From the NCBI GenBank assembly GCA_964454685.1, contig CAYVTZ010000010.1, forward strand, positions 11,776-75,775: a stretch of DNA of 64,000 nt, read 5' to 3'. Source of the stretch: an uncultured Christensenellaceae bacterium. Its GTDB lineage: Bacteria > Bacillota > Clostridia > Christensenellales > Christensenellaceae. The position numbers and the translations under genes were made by a program. Each line of letters opens with the position of its first letter. The first letter of the stretch is position 1. Below, piece after piece: positions 35,893 to 46,227 of the stretch. Under the pieces are notes generated by a model that saw only the letters and a program-made list of their open reading frames with translations, made no database searches and was not told the DNA's origin.

Positions 35893-38523
35893 ATGGCAAA
35901 AGAACTGAGTAAAACCTATGACCCGAAATTAACCGAAAAACGCATCTATCAAAATTGGATGGACAAAGGATATTTTCACGCGGAGGTGGATCAAGATAAG
36001 CAGCCTTTTACAATCGTGATTCCCCCGCCAAACATTACAGGGCAACTGCACATGGGGCACGCGCTGGATAATATGATTCAGGATGCGATCATACGCACCA
36101 AGCGGATGCAGGGCTATCAAGCATTGTGGATGCCGGGCACCGACCACGCGAGCATCGCAACGGAAGTCAAAATCGTAGATAAACTGGCGGAAGAGGGAAT
36201 CAAAAAAGAAGACCTCGGCCGCGACGGTTTCCTGGAGCGCGCATGGGAGTGGAAGGCGCAGTATGGCGGCAGAATCGTTGAACAGCTCAAGCAGTTGGGT
36301 TCCTCGCTGGATTGGGAACGCGAGCGCTTTACCATGGACGAAGGCTGTTCGCGCGCGGTGCGCGAAGTCTTTGTGCGCCTGTATAACAAAGGATTGATTT
36401 ATCAGGGCAACCGCATCATCAACTGGTGCCCCAAGTGCCTGACTGCGCTCTCGGACGCAGAGGTGGAATACGAAGAGCAGGCAGGGCATTTCTGGCACAT
36501 GCGCTACCTTGCAGAGGACGGCGGCGAAGGGATTGTGGTCGCAACCACACGCCCCGAAACCATGCTGGGCGATACAGCGGTAGCCGTACACCCCGATGAC
36601 AAGCGTTATGCGCATCTGGTCGGCAAAAACGTAATTCTGCCGTTGATGAATAAGCCCATCCCCGTGGTGGCGGATGCGTATGTAGACATGGAGTTTGGCA
36701 CAGGCGCGGTAAAGATCACACCCGCGCACGACCCCAACGACTACGAAGTCGGTATGCGGCACAATCTGCCCATGATCCGTGTGCTGAACGATGACGGCAC
36801 GGTGAACGAGCTGGGCGGCAAGTATGCGGGGCTGGAACGTTACGAGGCTCGTAAGCAAATTGTAGCGGATTTGGAAGCGCAAGGCCTGCTCATCAAAATC
36901 GAGGATCATCCGCACAATGTCGGGCAGTGTTATCGCTGCTCCACCGTGATTGAGCCGATCATCTCCAAGCAGTGGTTCGTCAAAATGAAAGATTTGGCGC
37001 AGCCGGCAATCGAAGCAGTGGAGAGCGGCGCGGTACAGTTCGTGCCCGAACGTTTTTCCAAGATCTATTTCAACTGGCTGTACAACATCCGCGACTGGTG
37101 TATTTCCCGTCAACTATGGTGGGGGCATCGCATTCCGGCGTATACCTGCGAGGATTGCGGACACTTGACGGTTGCGACAGAGGCGCCCCAAACCTGCGAA
37201 ACATGCGGTGGGCATCGTTTTGCGCAGGACGAGGACGTGCTGGATACGTGGTTCTCGTCGGGCTTGTGGCCCTTCTCTACATTAGGCTGGCCGGACAAAA
37301 CCCCGGAATTGGAATATTTCTATCCCACCAGCGTGCTCGTAACCGGCTATGATATCATATTCTTCTGGGTCGCACGTATGATGATTTTCGGCATTGAAAT
37401 CATGGGTGAACCACCGTTCAAAACAATCGACATCCACGGTATCGTGCGCGACCGCAACGGTCGCAAGATGTCCAAGTCGCTCAATAACGGTATCGACCCG
37501 CTGGAAGTCATCGAGCAATACAGTGCCGATGCGCTGCGTTTCTCGCTGGCAATCGGCATCAGCGCAGGTAGTGATATGCGCTTTTACGATGAAAAAGTGG
37601 AAGCGGCACGCAACTTTGCCAACAAGATTTGGAATGCCTCGCGTTTCGTCCTCATGAATATCAAAGACGACGCGGTTGCCCCCATTGACGAATGCAAGCT
37701 GGACGTAGCGGATTGGTGGATTCTCTCCCGTCTGAACCACGCCATTCAGGAGTGCACCGAAAACATCGAGCGCTTTGAGCTGGGTCTGGCGGCACAAAAG
37801 GTTTACGATTTCACGTGGAGTGAGCTGTGCGATTGGTATATCGAAATGGCAAAACCGCGGCTGTATGAAAGTGACGAGGAAACCAAGTCAGCGACGCTTA
37901 GTGTGCTGGTATATGTGCTGCAAAACACACTCAAACTGCTGCACCCCTTCATGCCGTTTATCACGGAGGAAATCTACACCAACCTGCCGGGCGCTGAGGA
38001 AACAATCATGCTTTCCGCATGGCCGGAAATTGCCTTCGTAAGCGATAAAGGGCAGATGATGAACGGTGTCATGGACATCATCCGCGCCGTGCGAAATGTG
38101 CGCGCCGAGATGAACGTTCCGCCGAGCGTCAAAGTGAAGCTGACTGTGCTAACCAAGGAAAAAGAAGCCGTGGCAGCATGCACCGAATACATCAAACGGC
38201 TGGCATTTGCAAACGAGGTGGAGGTCATTGCCGATAAAGCGATGATTCCGCAGGATAGCGTTTCTGCGGTCTGCGCACTGGGCGAGGCATATATGCCGCT
38301 CGCAGAGCTGATCGACGTGGAAAAAGAGATCGCGCGTCTGAGCAAAGAAGCGGCGTACAACGATGGAGAAATCGCGCGCGCACAAGGCAAGCTGTCCAAC
38401 AAAGGATTCACGGACAAAGCGCCCGCCAAAGTGGTGGAAGAGGAACGCAACAAGCTGAATCAATATCTTGAGATGAAAGAAAAGCTTGCCGAGCGTATTG
38501 CTTTTCTGAAAGGACTGAAATAG
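35893..38523 (+). CDS. valS: Valine--tRNA ligase
   Basis: I place the start at [11 protein letters not shown] (GGAGG upstream). It has a HIGH-type motif (GQLHMGHAL), KMSKS and a C-terminal coiled coil. Its length (876 aa) is typical. Confidence 0.95.
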   Translation: MAKELSKTYDPKLTEKRIYQNWMDKGYFHAEVDQDKQPFTIVIPPPNITGQLHMGHALDNMIQDAIIRTKRMQGYQALWMPGTDHASIATEVKIVDKLAEEGIKKEDLGRDGFLERAWEWKAQYGGRIVEQLKQLGSSLDWERERFTMDEGCSRAVREVFVRLYNKGLIYQGNRIINWCPKCLTALSDAEVEYEEQAGHFWHMRYLAEDGGEGIVVATTRPETMLGDTAVAVHPDDKRYAHLVGKNVILPLMNKPIPVVADAYVDMEFGTGAVKITPAHDPNDYEVGMRHNLPMIRVLNDDGTVNELGGKYAGLERYEARKQIVADLEAQGLLIKIEDHPHNVGQCYRCSTVIEPIISKQWFVKMKDLAQPAIEAVESGAVQFVPERFSKIYFNWLYNIRDWCISRQLWWGHRIPAYTCEDCGHLTVATEAPQTCETCGGHRFAQDEDVLDTWFSSGLWPFSTLGWPDKTPELEYFYPTSVLVTGYDIIFFWVARMMIFGIEIMGEPPFKTIDIHGIVRDRNGRKMSKSLNNGIDPLEVIEQYSADALRFSLAIGISAGSDMRFYDEKVEAARNFANKIWNASRFVLMNIKDDAVAPIDECKLDVADWWILSRLNHAIQECTENIERFELGLAAQKVYDFTWSELCDWYIEMAKPRLYESDEETKSATLSVLVYVLQNTLKLLHPFMPFITEEIYTNLPGAEETIMLSAWPEIAFVSDKGQMMNGVMDIIRAVRNVRAEMNVPPSVKVKLTVLTKEKEAVAACTEYIKRLAFANEVEVIADKAMIPQDSVSAVCALGEAYMPLAELIDVEKEIARLSKEAAYNDGEIARAQGKLSNKGFTDKAPAKVVEEERNKLNQYLEMKEKLAERIAFLKGLK

Positions 38524-39633
38524 ATGGATTTTTTTCAGGTCGCAGGCACGAACGCCAAAGGTTCTACGGCAACGTATCTTGCGCACATCCTGATGTACGA
38601 AAAAAGCACAGGACTCTTTACCTCGCCGCATTTAAACAGTGCGTGCGAACGGTTTTGGATGGACGGTCTGCACATGACGCAGGCGGAATACGCATTTTAC
38701 GCACACCGCTTTTCAGAGGAAAAGCGTAGCTTTGCGCGTTGGACCAAGATGGCGCTGGCATGGTTTGAAGATTGTCAGGCAAAGGCAGCCGTGATGGAAA
38801 CAGGGCTGGGCGGGCGGCTGGACCCCACCAATGTGGTTCCGTCCCGCTGGCAGATCATCACCCCGATCGGCATGGATCACACACAGCTTCTGGGCGACAG
38901 CATCGGGCAAATCGCCGCAGAAAAGGCAGGCATCATCAAGCTGGGCAGCACAGTGGTTTCCCACCCCCAGCATCCCGAAGCGCTGGAAGTCATCCAGCGG
39001 GCAAGCCTGCAAAAAAATGCAAAGCTGTGCGTACTGGATCCTGCGCAGATCTCACTGGATTTTGCCGATGAAGAAGGGCAAACCTTTGATCTTGATTACG
39101 CCGGACGAGTATACAAAAACTTGAAAATCCGATCCAATGCGCCTGTGCAGGTGCAAAATGCGTGCGTAGCAGCCATTACCGCAATCGAATACGGCGCTCG
39201 CGCGGAGAGCATTCGTTTTGGGCTGGCGGCAGCGCGCTTTCCGGCACGCTTCCAAAAAATCGGCAATGTTATCATCGACGGCGCGCACAACACCGCAGCA
39301 ATACAAACGCTGAAAAACAGTCTGGAAGCGGTATATCCCAACAAAAAAATCGTCTGCTTGACGGCAATGATGTCAGATAAAGATTGCCTCGGCATGGCAC
39401 AGATCATCCAGTCCTTTGCGCAGCACGTAGTGTGCACCTGCGTCGATCAAAACCGAGGGCTGGATGCGGAAAAACTGGCAGGGCTATTTCATAACGCCGT
39501 CTGCGTGGAAGACCCCGTGGCGGCAATCCGTCTTGCAAGTCAAAATACACCGCCCGACTGCCTGCTGGTGGTCTGCGGATCATTTTATCTTGCAGCGGAA
39601 GCATTGTCCGTGCTAGGGGAATCATTCGTATAA
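38524..39633 (+). CDS. folC: Folylpolyglutamate synthase/dihydrofolate synthase (Mur ligase family) with a short N-terminus
   Basis: It has the P-loop AGTNAKGST, the TSPHL motif and DGAHN. The order valS-folC matches Bacillus. The ATG directly abuts the valS TAG. Confidence 0.75.
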   Translation: MDFFQVAGTNAKGSTATYLAHILMYEKSTGLFTSPHLNSACERFWMDGLHMTQAEYAFYAHRFSEEKRSFARWTKMALAWFEDCQAKAAVMETGLGGRLDPTNVVPSRWQIITPIGMDHTQLLGDSIGQIAAEKAGIIKLGSTVVSHPQHPEALEVIQRASLQKNAKLCVLDPAQISLDFADEEGQTFDLDYAGRVYKNLKIRSNAPVQVQNACVAAITAIEYGARAESIRFGLAAARFPARFQKIGNVIIDGAHNTAAIQTLKNSLEAVYPNKKIVCLTAMMSDKDCLGMAQIIQSFAQHVVCTCVDQNRGLDAEKLAGLFHNAVCVEDPVAAIRLASQNTPPDCLLVVCGSFYLAAEALSVLGESFV

Positions 39634-39687
39634 GATTGGTGATATTAGATGCAACGCTGCGACTGCGACTCCGGCCGGAATCAACGG

Positions 39688-40212
39688 CTATACCAGCCGC
39701 GAAAGCACCTCTTGGTATAGCTCCACCGCGTGGTCACGCCACTTTTCCGTCATAATTTGCGCATCGCGCTTGGAGTACATCAGTAAATTGATCTCGAACA
39801 CCGTGCGGTCATGCTCTAAAACCTTGAGCGTCACGCGATACTCGGAATCAGATAACTTAATGAATTCCCCAACGTATTGCGATTCTTTTTCCAGCTCGCT
39901 CTTGTTGGCGGTGATGTAGGTCTGAATCGCCTCGCGAAAAGAATGTCGCAGATCGTTCTGCAGCACATACACCAGTTTCGAGCCGGCCTCTGTGATGCAG
40001 TATGTGGTACCCTGCGGTGTCGTGGTCTCGGTGATGTGGTTATTTTGGGAAAGCTCAAACAGGCATTCCTGCATATCAAAAAACTGCATGAAGCCAAGCT
40101 CATCCATAATGCGGATCAGCTGCAATTCATTTAGACGCATTTGTGCGCTGTCCAGCAAATACAGCAAAAGCAGCTTGTTGTGCGCCATAGTTTGTTTGGG
40201 TTTGATTTGCAT
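39688..40212 (-). CDS. DUF4364-like putative transcriptional regulator
   Basis: I prefer the start MQIKPKQ (AGGGGTG upstream). It has an N-terminal winged-helix-like segment, LLLLYLL...LNELQLIRIM. The family assignment is from memory only. Confidence 0.45.
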   Translation of the reverse strand: MQIKPKQTMAHNKLLLLYLLDSAQMRLNELQLIRIMDELGFMQFFDMQECLFELSQNNHITETTTPQGTTYCITEAGSKLVYVLQNDLRHSFREAIQTYITANKSELEKESQYVGEFIKLSDSEYRVTLKVLEHDRTVFEINLLMYSKRDAQIMTEKWRDHAVELYQEVLSRLV

Positions 40213-40306
40213 TCGGTTCACCCCTTGCTTTGCTCTATAAAAATAGTATACCATACTCCGGCAGGAAAAAAAATCCGTGATTTGCAATTTATTTGCAGCA
40301 AAAGGC

Positions 40307-40335
40307 TTGAAATCCTCAACCAAAAACGGTATAAT
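40307..40335 (+). promoter_or_regulatory. Near-consensus sigma-A promoter TTGAAA-N17-TATAAT for tRNA-Val
   Basis: The -35 is at 40307-40312 and the -10 at 40330-40335. The tRNA starts at 40353. Confidence 0.6.
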
Positions 40336-40352
40336 TTATACTCGTAATGTAT

Positions 40353-40429
40353 GGGACTGTAGCCCAGCTGGTTAGAGCGCTACGTTGACATCGTAGAGGT
40401 CGTTGGTTCGAGCCCAATCAGTCCCACCA
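40353..40429 (+). tRNA. tRNA-Val (anticodon GAC), with CCA encoded
   Basis: I folded the cloverleaf by hand. The acceptor stem is GGGACTG/CAGTCCC, the anticodon stem CTACG/CGTAG with loop TTGACAT, the T-arm GTTGG-TTCGAGC-CCAAT, and the 3' end ACCA. Confidence 0.9.
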
Positions 40430-40453
40430 GCGGGTGCGACCCGCCGCAAATGT

Positions 40454-40485
40454 TGCGCTTCTGTGTTTGCAGGAGCGCATTTTTT
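40454..40485 (+). terminator. Intrinsic terminator after tRNA-Val
   Basis: TGCGCTTCTG-TGTTTG-CAGGAGCGCA followed by TTTTTT. Confidence 0.75.
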
Positions 40486-40695
40486 ATGCCGCATTTTAGG
40501 AACTCTTTGCCAATCCACCGCCGTTGTGACGCTGGATCACGTTTCACAATTTACAAGGTTGCGATATTTTATTGTCCAAAATCCTTTTTGCGGCATAATA
40601 ATCAGTAAGATGTAACCTCTCGCACCATTTCAAGGTCTAATCATTGAAGGCGCCTACAAGATAAGGTCTCTAGGACCTCGAAGGGAGAAATATCA

Positions 40696-41223
40696 ATGGA
40701 TATGGATCAACTGGAACGGTTGTTTTTACAATCCTACCAAAAAGCATATCGCGCAGCAAAATGCATTTTGTTTGACAGCGCTACAGCGGAGGACGCAGTT
40801 TCAGAAGCGCTGATCCGCATGTTTCGCGCGCTGGAGCGCGGCAAACCAATCGAGAATGCAGAAGCATATTTTATGCGCATCACCGTAAATGAAGCAAAGC
40901 GCATCTGTAAACAGCACAAGGAGCTCCCCTGCGACAACGTGTTGGATTATCTCGAAACAGGCTGCATAACGGAAGAGCCAAATGCGGAGGACGCTGCGTA
41001 CAATCTGCTCATGGCAGTCAACCGCTTGGGAAGCAATCTGGCTTTGCCCATCAAACTGCATTATTACGGCGGTTTTTCCGAAAAGGAAGTGGCACAGCTG
41101 TTGCACGTCTCCTATGGGGCTGTAAAAACACGTATCTCACGCGCAAAAGCAAAATTGAAAATTGCACTGCGCGTACAGGATGAAGAAATAAGAGGTGCAT
41201 ATCATGAAAACTGTAATGGATAA
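40696..41223 (+). CDS. ECF-type sigma-70 family RNA polymerase sigma factor
   Basis: 175 aa. Region 2 is EDAVSEALIRMF and the region 4 HTH is FSEKEVAQLLHVSYGAVKTRISRAKAKL. Confidence 0.8.
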   Translation: MDMDQLERLFLQSYQKAYRAAKCILFDSATAEDAVSEALIRMFRALERGKPIENAEAYFMRITVNEAKRICKQHKELPCDNVLDYLETGCITEEPNAEDAAYNLLMAVNRLGSNLALPIKLHYYGGFSEKEVAQLLHVSYGAVKTRISRAKAKLKIALRVQDEEIRGAYHENCNG

Positions 41224-42460
41224 AATGCTGGAACATGCATATAAAAAAGAATATTTCCAAACCGCATCCCCTCAAAGAATTTGGGACAAAGCACGCTATG
41301 CAACCCTGACAAAGAAAAAGCGGAATTTTGTTCCCGTCCTCGCCTGCGTCGCGGGTGTGGCGCTAATGCTTGTTGCAGTGCCGCCTGTGCGTGCGGCGGT
41401 GCAAGATTTTTTCACAAGCGTGGGGCAATATATGTCCACGCCGCAAGAACAGCGACCAAAAGTGGAAGATGTACCCATTCAAACTCCAAAAAATCAGGAA
41501 ATGCAGGTTGTAGAAACGGACGCGCCACCACAGGAAGTACCCGCAGCGATTGGACTTCCCGAAAATTGGGCGGATCAAATCAAAATCGAAATCAAAGAAG
41601 CCCTGTATGACGGCGAAAAAGTCTATCTAACCTATACGATAGACGGCTCCGCACTTGGGCTGAACGCATTCAAGGATTTAGGCGGAAATATGCCCTACGG
41701 CGAAAATGCCTACAAACCTGTTTTTGTAGGCTCCAATGTCGCGTTAGGCAACGAGCCGCTTGAAAACAGCGCCGTCGGTTACGAATGGTCGGTGGAAAAC
41801 AACGGCGGTTTCATCACAGCAACCAGTGAATATACAGGCGAAATGCTCTCCGGGTTGAGCGACGATCAGCAAATGACACTTTATCTGCAAATTCCGCAGG
41901 GCGTGGCCAGCCCGGAGCTTGCAACAGAAGCGGGACATCCCTATCCCTTCAACTACAATAAGCAATTCGCCGTGTCCTTTACCATCAACGCGCAGAATAA
42001 GATGAAGGTTTTTGGGGAACAGGTATATGAAATCAACGGCTTCCCTGTGACCTTCCGCAAGGTCATATTCAAGCCCACCGAGATCGCCATTGATGTGTTT
42101 GCCCCCTCCAGCCCCGAATGGCAGGAGCTGCACAGGAAATCAAATGACATCTTTGAAAAGTATAAGGACGACCCCGCAATGATGGAATCAGAATCCGCCC
42201 GCCTTCTCGAAGAATACGCCCAAAGCAATGTCGATGAATTCGCCTTTGAGATTGATTTCCATGTGTTCGCGGATGGGCAGGAAATCACCACACCCGGCGC
42301 GGCGGGCTTCATGGAATTTATGACGCAAGATTTCACCGGTTATACGGGCAGATTCTCCATCCCCTTTCCACAATCGGGCATCCGGCAGCTTACCTTAGTT
42401 CCCTACAACACCACGACCGGCGAAGAATATACCGCAGATAAAATTGTCATCGACTGCTAA
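41204..42460 (+). CDS. Putative anti-sigma factor: single-pass membrane protein with a large extracytoplasmic domain (DUF4179-like)
   Basis: It overlaps the sigma gene. The ATG at 41204 has AGAGGTG 6 nt upstream. The TM helix is FVPVLACVAGVALMLVAV. The family name is from memory. Confidence 0.5.
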   Translation: MKTVMDKMLEHAYKKEYFQTASPQRIWDKARYATLTKKKRNFVPVLACVAGVALMLVAVPPVRAAVQDFFTSVGQYMSTPQEQRPKVEDVPIQTPKNQEMQVVETDAPPQEVPAAIGLPENWADQIKIEIKEALYDGEKVYLTYTIDGSALGLNAFKDLGGNMPYGENAYKPVFVGSNVALGNEPLENSAVGYEWSVENNGGFITATSEYTGEMLSGLSDDQQMTLYLQIPQGVASPELATEAGHPYPFNYNKQFAVSFTINAQNKMKVFGEQVYEINGFPVTFRKVIFKPTEIAIDVFAPSSPEWQELHRKSNDIFEKYKDDPAMMESESARLLEEYAQSNVDEFAFEIDFHVFADGQEITTPGAAGFMEFMTQDFTGYTGRFSIPFPQSGIRQLTLVPYNTTTGEEYTADKIVIDC

Positions 42461-42494
42461 CGCAATATCCTAATCACACGCGCACCGCTACAAC

Positions 42495-42529
42495 AAAAGG
42501 CTACAAGCATCATGTGTTTGTAGCCTTTT
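42495..42529. terminator. Bidirectional terminator between the anti-sigma gene and the FGGY kinase gene
   Basis: AAAAGGCTACAA-loop-TTGTAGCCTTTT. Confidence 0.7.
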
Positions 42530-42586
42530 CCGATGAAGTATCCCACAAAATTCTTATGCAAAAGCACTAAGCTTGTCCTGTATTGC

Positions 42587-44080
42587 TTATCGATACACCT
42601 CTTTTACCGCTTCATACAAACGCAAGTAACGTTGGAAGTTGTCTTGATAGCGCACGCTCATCGCTTGCTGTGGTGTATACACGTGCTCTATTTTAGTAAA
42701 ACGATCTTGTGCTTCTTCTAAATTGGCAAACAAACCCAAGTTCACATAGCATAAAATCGCACTCGCTAATGTGCCCGCCTCTTTGTTCTTTGTGGTGCAA
42801 ATCTCGCGCTCAAAAATGTCCGCTCGAATCTGCATCCATGCAGCCGAAGTCGCGCCCCCTCCAACCGCAATCATCCGGTGGATCGGAATGCCCACATCGG
42901 TCAAGCAATTCATTGCGCGCTTAATTTCATAGGTTTCATTCTCCAAAAACGCCCGAAAGAGTTCTCCGCGCGTTGTGTGGAGTCTTAGCCCCGCTAAAAC
43001 CGCAGGGGTAACGCCATCCATCCCCGGCGTACATCCGCCCCCAAAGTATGGAATCATCAGCAGGCCGGTCGGGTCGGGCGGGATCTCCGCATTCAGGCGC
43101 ATGTACGCATTCGGCAGATGCGCAATGTCCTTTGCCAATGTATCCCGAAACCACTTGATGGTGCACCCGCCGGACATGCTGAACGCAGAAGTAACATAAG
43201 TTTCCTCTGTTAAGTATGGAATGAGCGGCAGTCTGTATTCCACCATCTTATCCACATCCAGTTGCGTCGCATCCATAATGGGCGTCAGCGCATCTACTGT
43301 GCCCATACCGTTTGCCATGTCGCCTTTTTTTGCTCCGCTTCCGCACGCCGCCAAAATCTGGTCATGCCCACCCACAATGAGCTTGACGCCTTCTCCCATT
43401 CCCAATGTTCGCGCAATACGGCGGCTCATATCGCCCACCACGCTCCCGCCGGGTACAGGCTCCGGCAAAGCGCTTGTTTGTATCTGGGAGAACGCTACTG
43501 CATCCTCCCACCACTTCTTTGTCCTGACCTGAAACATCTGGCTGCGCGCCGCCAACGAGTAGTCACATTGATGCTCCGCCCCCAGCCGATATGTGATAAA
43601 ATCAGCGACAAATGAAATGCGCTTCACCTTTTCCATTACCTGTGGTCGATGCTTGTGCATCCATCGCATTTTGTACATCGAGAACATCGGGTCGTTAAAA
43701 CCGCCGGAGTTCATGAATACATCTTTTTCGGTATGCTGTTCTAAAAACTCTGCACATTCCTCCGTTCCACGCCGGTCCATATAGATCATAGTGTGCGCCA
43801 GCACGTTGTCCTGCTCGTCCATGCACACAAAGGACTCTCCGAACGATGTAACACAAATGGCGCGCACCTGCTTTCGATTGCAGGACTTTGTGGACTCCGC
43901 CAACACCTCCAGCGCCTTTGCAAAAAGTAATTCTGCATCCAGTTCAAACCAGCCATCCTGTTCACAAATCAGGTTGTATTCCCGATAAGCATGATTCAAA
44001 ACATTTGCCTGATCATCGAATACTGTACTTTTGATGCCCGAAGTCCCCACATCCAACCCAATCACATACATCTGCGCCAC
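42587..44080 (-). CDS. FGGY-family carbohydrate kinase (xylulokinase/fuculokinase-like; substrate unknown)
   Basis: 497 aa. The N-terminus YVIGLDVGTSGIKSTVFD is the FGGY signature, and GGGATS lies near the C-terminus. Confidence 0.8.
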   Translation of the reverse strand: MAQMYVIGLDVGTSGIKSTVFDDQANVLNHAYREYNLICEQDGWFELDAELLFAKALEVLAESTKSCNRKQVRAICVTSFGESFVCMDEQDNVLAHTMIYMDRRGTEECAEFLEQHTEKDVFMNSGGFNDPMFSMYKMRWMHKHRPQVMEKVKRISFVADFITYRLGAEHQCDYSLAARSQMFQVRTKKWWEDAVAFSQIQTSALPEPVPGGSVVGDMSRRIARTLGMGEGVKLIVGGHDQILAACGSGAKKGDMANGMGTVDALTPIMDATQLDVDKMVEYRLPLIPYLTEETYVTSAFSMSGGCTIKWFRDTLAKDIAHLPNAYMRLNAEIPPDPTGLLMIPYFGGGCTPGMDGVTPAVLAGLRLHTTRGELFRAFLENETYEIKRAMNCLTDVGIPIHRMIAVGGGATSAAWMQIRADIFEREICTTKNKEAGTLASAILCYVNLGLFANLEEAQDRFTKIEHVYTPQQAMSVRYQDNFQRYLRLYEAVKEVYR

Positions 44081-44110
44081 TTTCCTTTGCTAAAACATTA
44101 TTTCCCCGCC

Positions 44111-45175
44111 CTACGGAACCAATACCACCTTGATCGCATCCGGGTCTTTCTCCGCTACCTCAAACGCCTTTTCCCATTCATCCAGCTTGAATACATGCGT
44201 CACAACGCCGTCCGTTTGAATCGATCCATCCGCAATCCCTTTGATCACCGGCGCATAGCAGTTCCCGCTCAAATGCGCACCCAAAATATCCATCGCTTTT
44301 GTATCCCCAATAATATTCCAATCAACCGTGATGTCAGCCGGAAATACGCCAAATTGCACATAGCGTCCCATATTGCATACCATATCCAGCCCCTGCTTTA
44401 CGCTGATCACGCTGCCCACTGCCTCTATGTATACATCGCATCCATATCCGCCTGTCAATTTGCGGACTTCTTCCACAACATTCACCTGCGTCGGATCCAT
44501 CACCAAATCCGCACCGAAGTCCAGCGCTTTTTGGCGGCGACTCTCTTTCAGGTCTAATCCAATCAGCAGCTTTGGAGACGCCTTGCGGATCGTATTGATC
44601 ATTCCAAGTCCAATCGCTCCCAAACCGCTTACCACCACCACATCCGTATGCTTGGTGTTTGCGCGTTCCGCGGCGTTCATGGCGCAAGCGTATGGCTCAA
44701 TGATCGCGCCTTGCTCCACGGTAAAATCATCTGGCAAATGATGGATCAAGCTGCCTTTTTGGAATTTCATGTACTGCGCAAAACCGCCCTGTGCATCCTC
44801 TTTAAATCCATAAATGTGGTGCGGCTGGCACATCCACGGCGCACCCTGCTTGCAATATCTGCATTCGCCGCACGGTAAAATCTGCTCCGCCGTAATCTTC
44901 TGCCCGATCTTGATCTCCGGCAGCCCCGCGCCAACTTCAACGACCTCTCCATAAAATTCATGCCCGCCGATGCACGGCGCATCGATATAGGATGTTTCAC
45001 CCGGCTTTCCCCAAACGCGCTCTCCGCCATGAAATGTTTTTACATCTCCGGCGCAAATGCCGCATCCCAATACTTTGATCAAAACTTCCCCATCCGAGAT
45101 TTCCGGGACCGGAACCTCTTCAACCCTCTGGTCATACGGCGCATACACGCGCAACGCTTTCATTGTCTTTGTCAT
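44111..45175 (-). CDS. Zinc-dependent medium-chain polyol/alcohol dehydrogenase
   Basis: GCGICAGD, GHEFYGEV and VVSGLGAIGL are present. I prefer the start at MTKTMKAL (GGAGGAG 6 nt upstream). Confidence 0.8.
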   Translation of the reverse strand: MTKTMKALRVYAPYDQRVEEVPVPEISDGEVLIKVLGCGICAGDVKTFHGGERVWGKPGETSYIDAPCIGGHEFYGEVVEVGAGLPEIKIGQKITAEQILPCGECRYCKQGAPWMCQPHHIYGFKEDAQGGFAQYMKFQKGSLIHHLPDDFTVEQGAIIEPYACAMNAAERANTKHTDVVVVSGLGAIGLGMINTIRKASPKLLIGLDLKESRRQKALDFGADLVMDPTQVNVVEEVRKLTGGYGCDVYIEAVGSVISVKQGLDMVCNMGRYVQFGVFPADITVDWNIIGDTKAMDILGAHLSGNCYAPVIKGIADGSIQTDGVVTHVFKLDEWEKAFEVAEKDPDAIKVVLVP

Positions 45176-45248
45176 TGTTTTCTCCTCCATTATTTAGTTG
45201 TTCATAAGACTTCATCACAATCGAATCACTGCGTTGCAATGCTCGACG

Positions 45249-46226
45249 TCATACAGTTTCCGTTTTTTTACTCGTTGCAACTTGCAATAATACCGAAGCA
45301 ATAATAATGAATCCTTTGATAATGTCCTGAGGGTAAGACGGTACCGCGAGCAAATTCATTATGTTGCCTATGAGTGCCAAGATCAGCACACCTACAAGCG
45401 TTTTTACTGCCGATCCTTGTCCGCCGGAAAGGCTGGCTCCGCCAATCACGCAGCTTGCAATTGCATCCAGCTCTAAACCTTCTCCCACAATCGGCGATCC
45501 CATCGCAGTGCGCGAAGCAGTTAAGATCCCTGCAAAACTGGCGCATAATCCTGAAATCAAGTATACGGAAAGCTTATAGTTCTTCACGCGAACGCCCGCT
45601 AACGAAACAGCCGTTTCATTACTGCCACACGCAACCACCAAACGCCCGAAAGAAGAGTATTTCAGCAAAAACCAGAAGAGCAACACCGCACATGCCGCAA
45701 TAAAGACCAAAACCGGCAACCCGCCAAACACCACACCCGTCCCCAATGCGTCCAGCGTACCCGCAGGAGTCTTGAGCGGTGTGCCATTTGAAATCAGCAA
45801 TGCTGTTCCTCTCGCAATCGTCATAACAGCAAGCGTCACAATAAACGATGCCATACGAACGTGAGCCACTAAAAATCCGGCAAATGCGCCCAACCCTGCG
45901 CCTACCAAAAGCGTGAGCGTAATGGAAGCAGCCATCCCCAAGTTCAATTTCGAAAGAAAAATCGCAACCAGTACACCGCCGAACGCCATAACCGATCCCA
46001 CTGAAAGGTCAATGCCTCCCGTCAAAATCACCATCAGCATGCCCATCGCCACCACAATCAGCGCCGCATATTGCCGACCAATGTTGATGATGTTGTTCAG
46101 CGTGAAAAAATCCGGCGAGATACAGATACATATGATGACGAGCGCCGCAAACATCACATAGGTACTGTTCGCAACAAGAAATTTTGAAAATTTCGCTTTG
46201 GAGTTTATACTCAATTTCTTCTCCAT
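45249..46226 (-). CDS. CUT2 (ribose-type) sugar ABC transporter permease
   Basis: 325 aa RbsC-like multi-pass protein (GGIDLSVGS motif). Confidence 0.85.
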   Translation of the reverse strand: MEKKLSINSKAKFSKFLVANSTYVMFAALVIICICISPDFFTLNNIINIGRQYAALIVVAMGMLMVILTGGIDLSVGSVMAFGGVLVAIFLSKLNLGMAASITLTLLVGAGLGAFAGFLVAHVRMASFIVTLAVMTIARGTALLISNGTPLKTPAGTLDALGTGVVFGGLPVLVFIAACAVLLFWFLLKYSSFGRLVVACGSNETAVSLAGVRVKNYKLSVYLISGLCASFAGILTASRTAMGSPIVGEGLELDAIASCVIGGASLSGGQGSAVKTLVGVLILALIGNIMNLLAVPSYPQDIIKGFIIIASVLLQVATSKKTETV

Positions 46227-46227
46227 A

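Noticed and set aside
40353-40429. tRNA-Val as an integration site of a genomic island.
   Set aside because: I noticed no integrase, no direct repeat of the tRNA 3' end and no phage or mobile genes on either side. The neighbouring genes are ordinary (sigma/anti-sigma, DUF4364).
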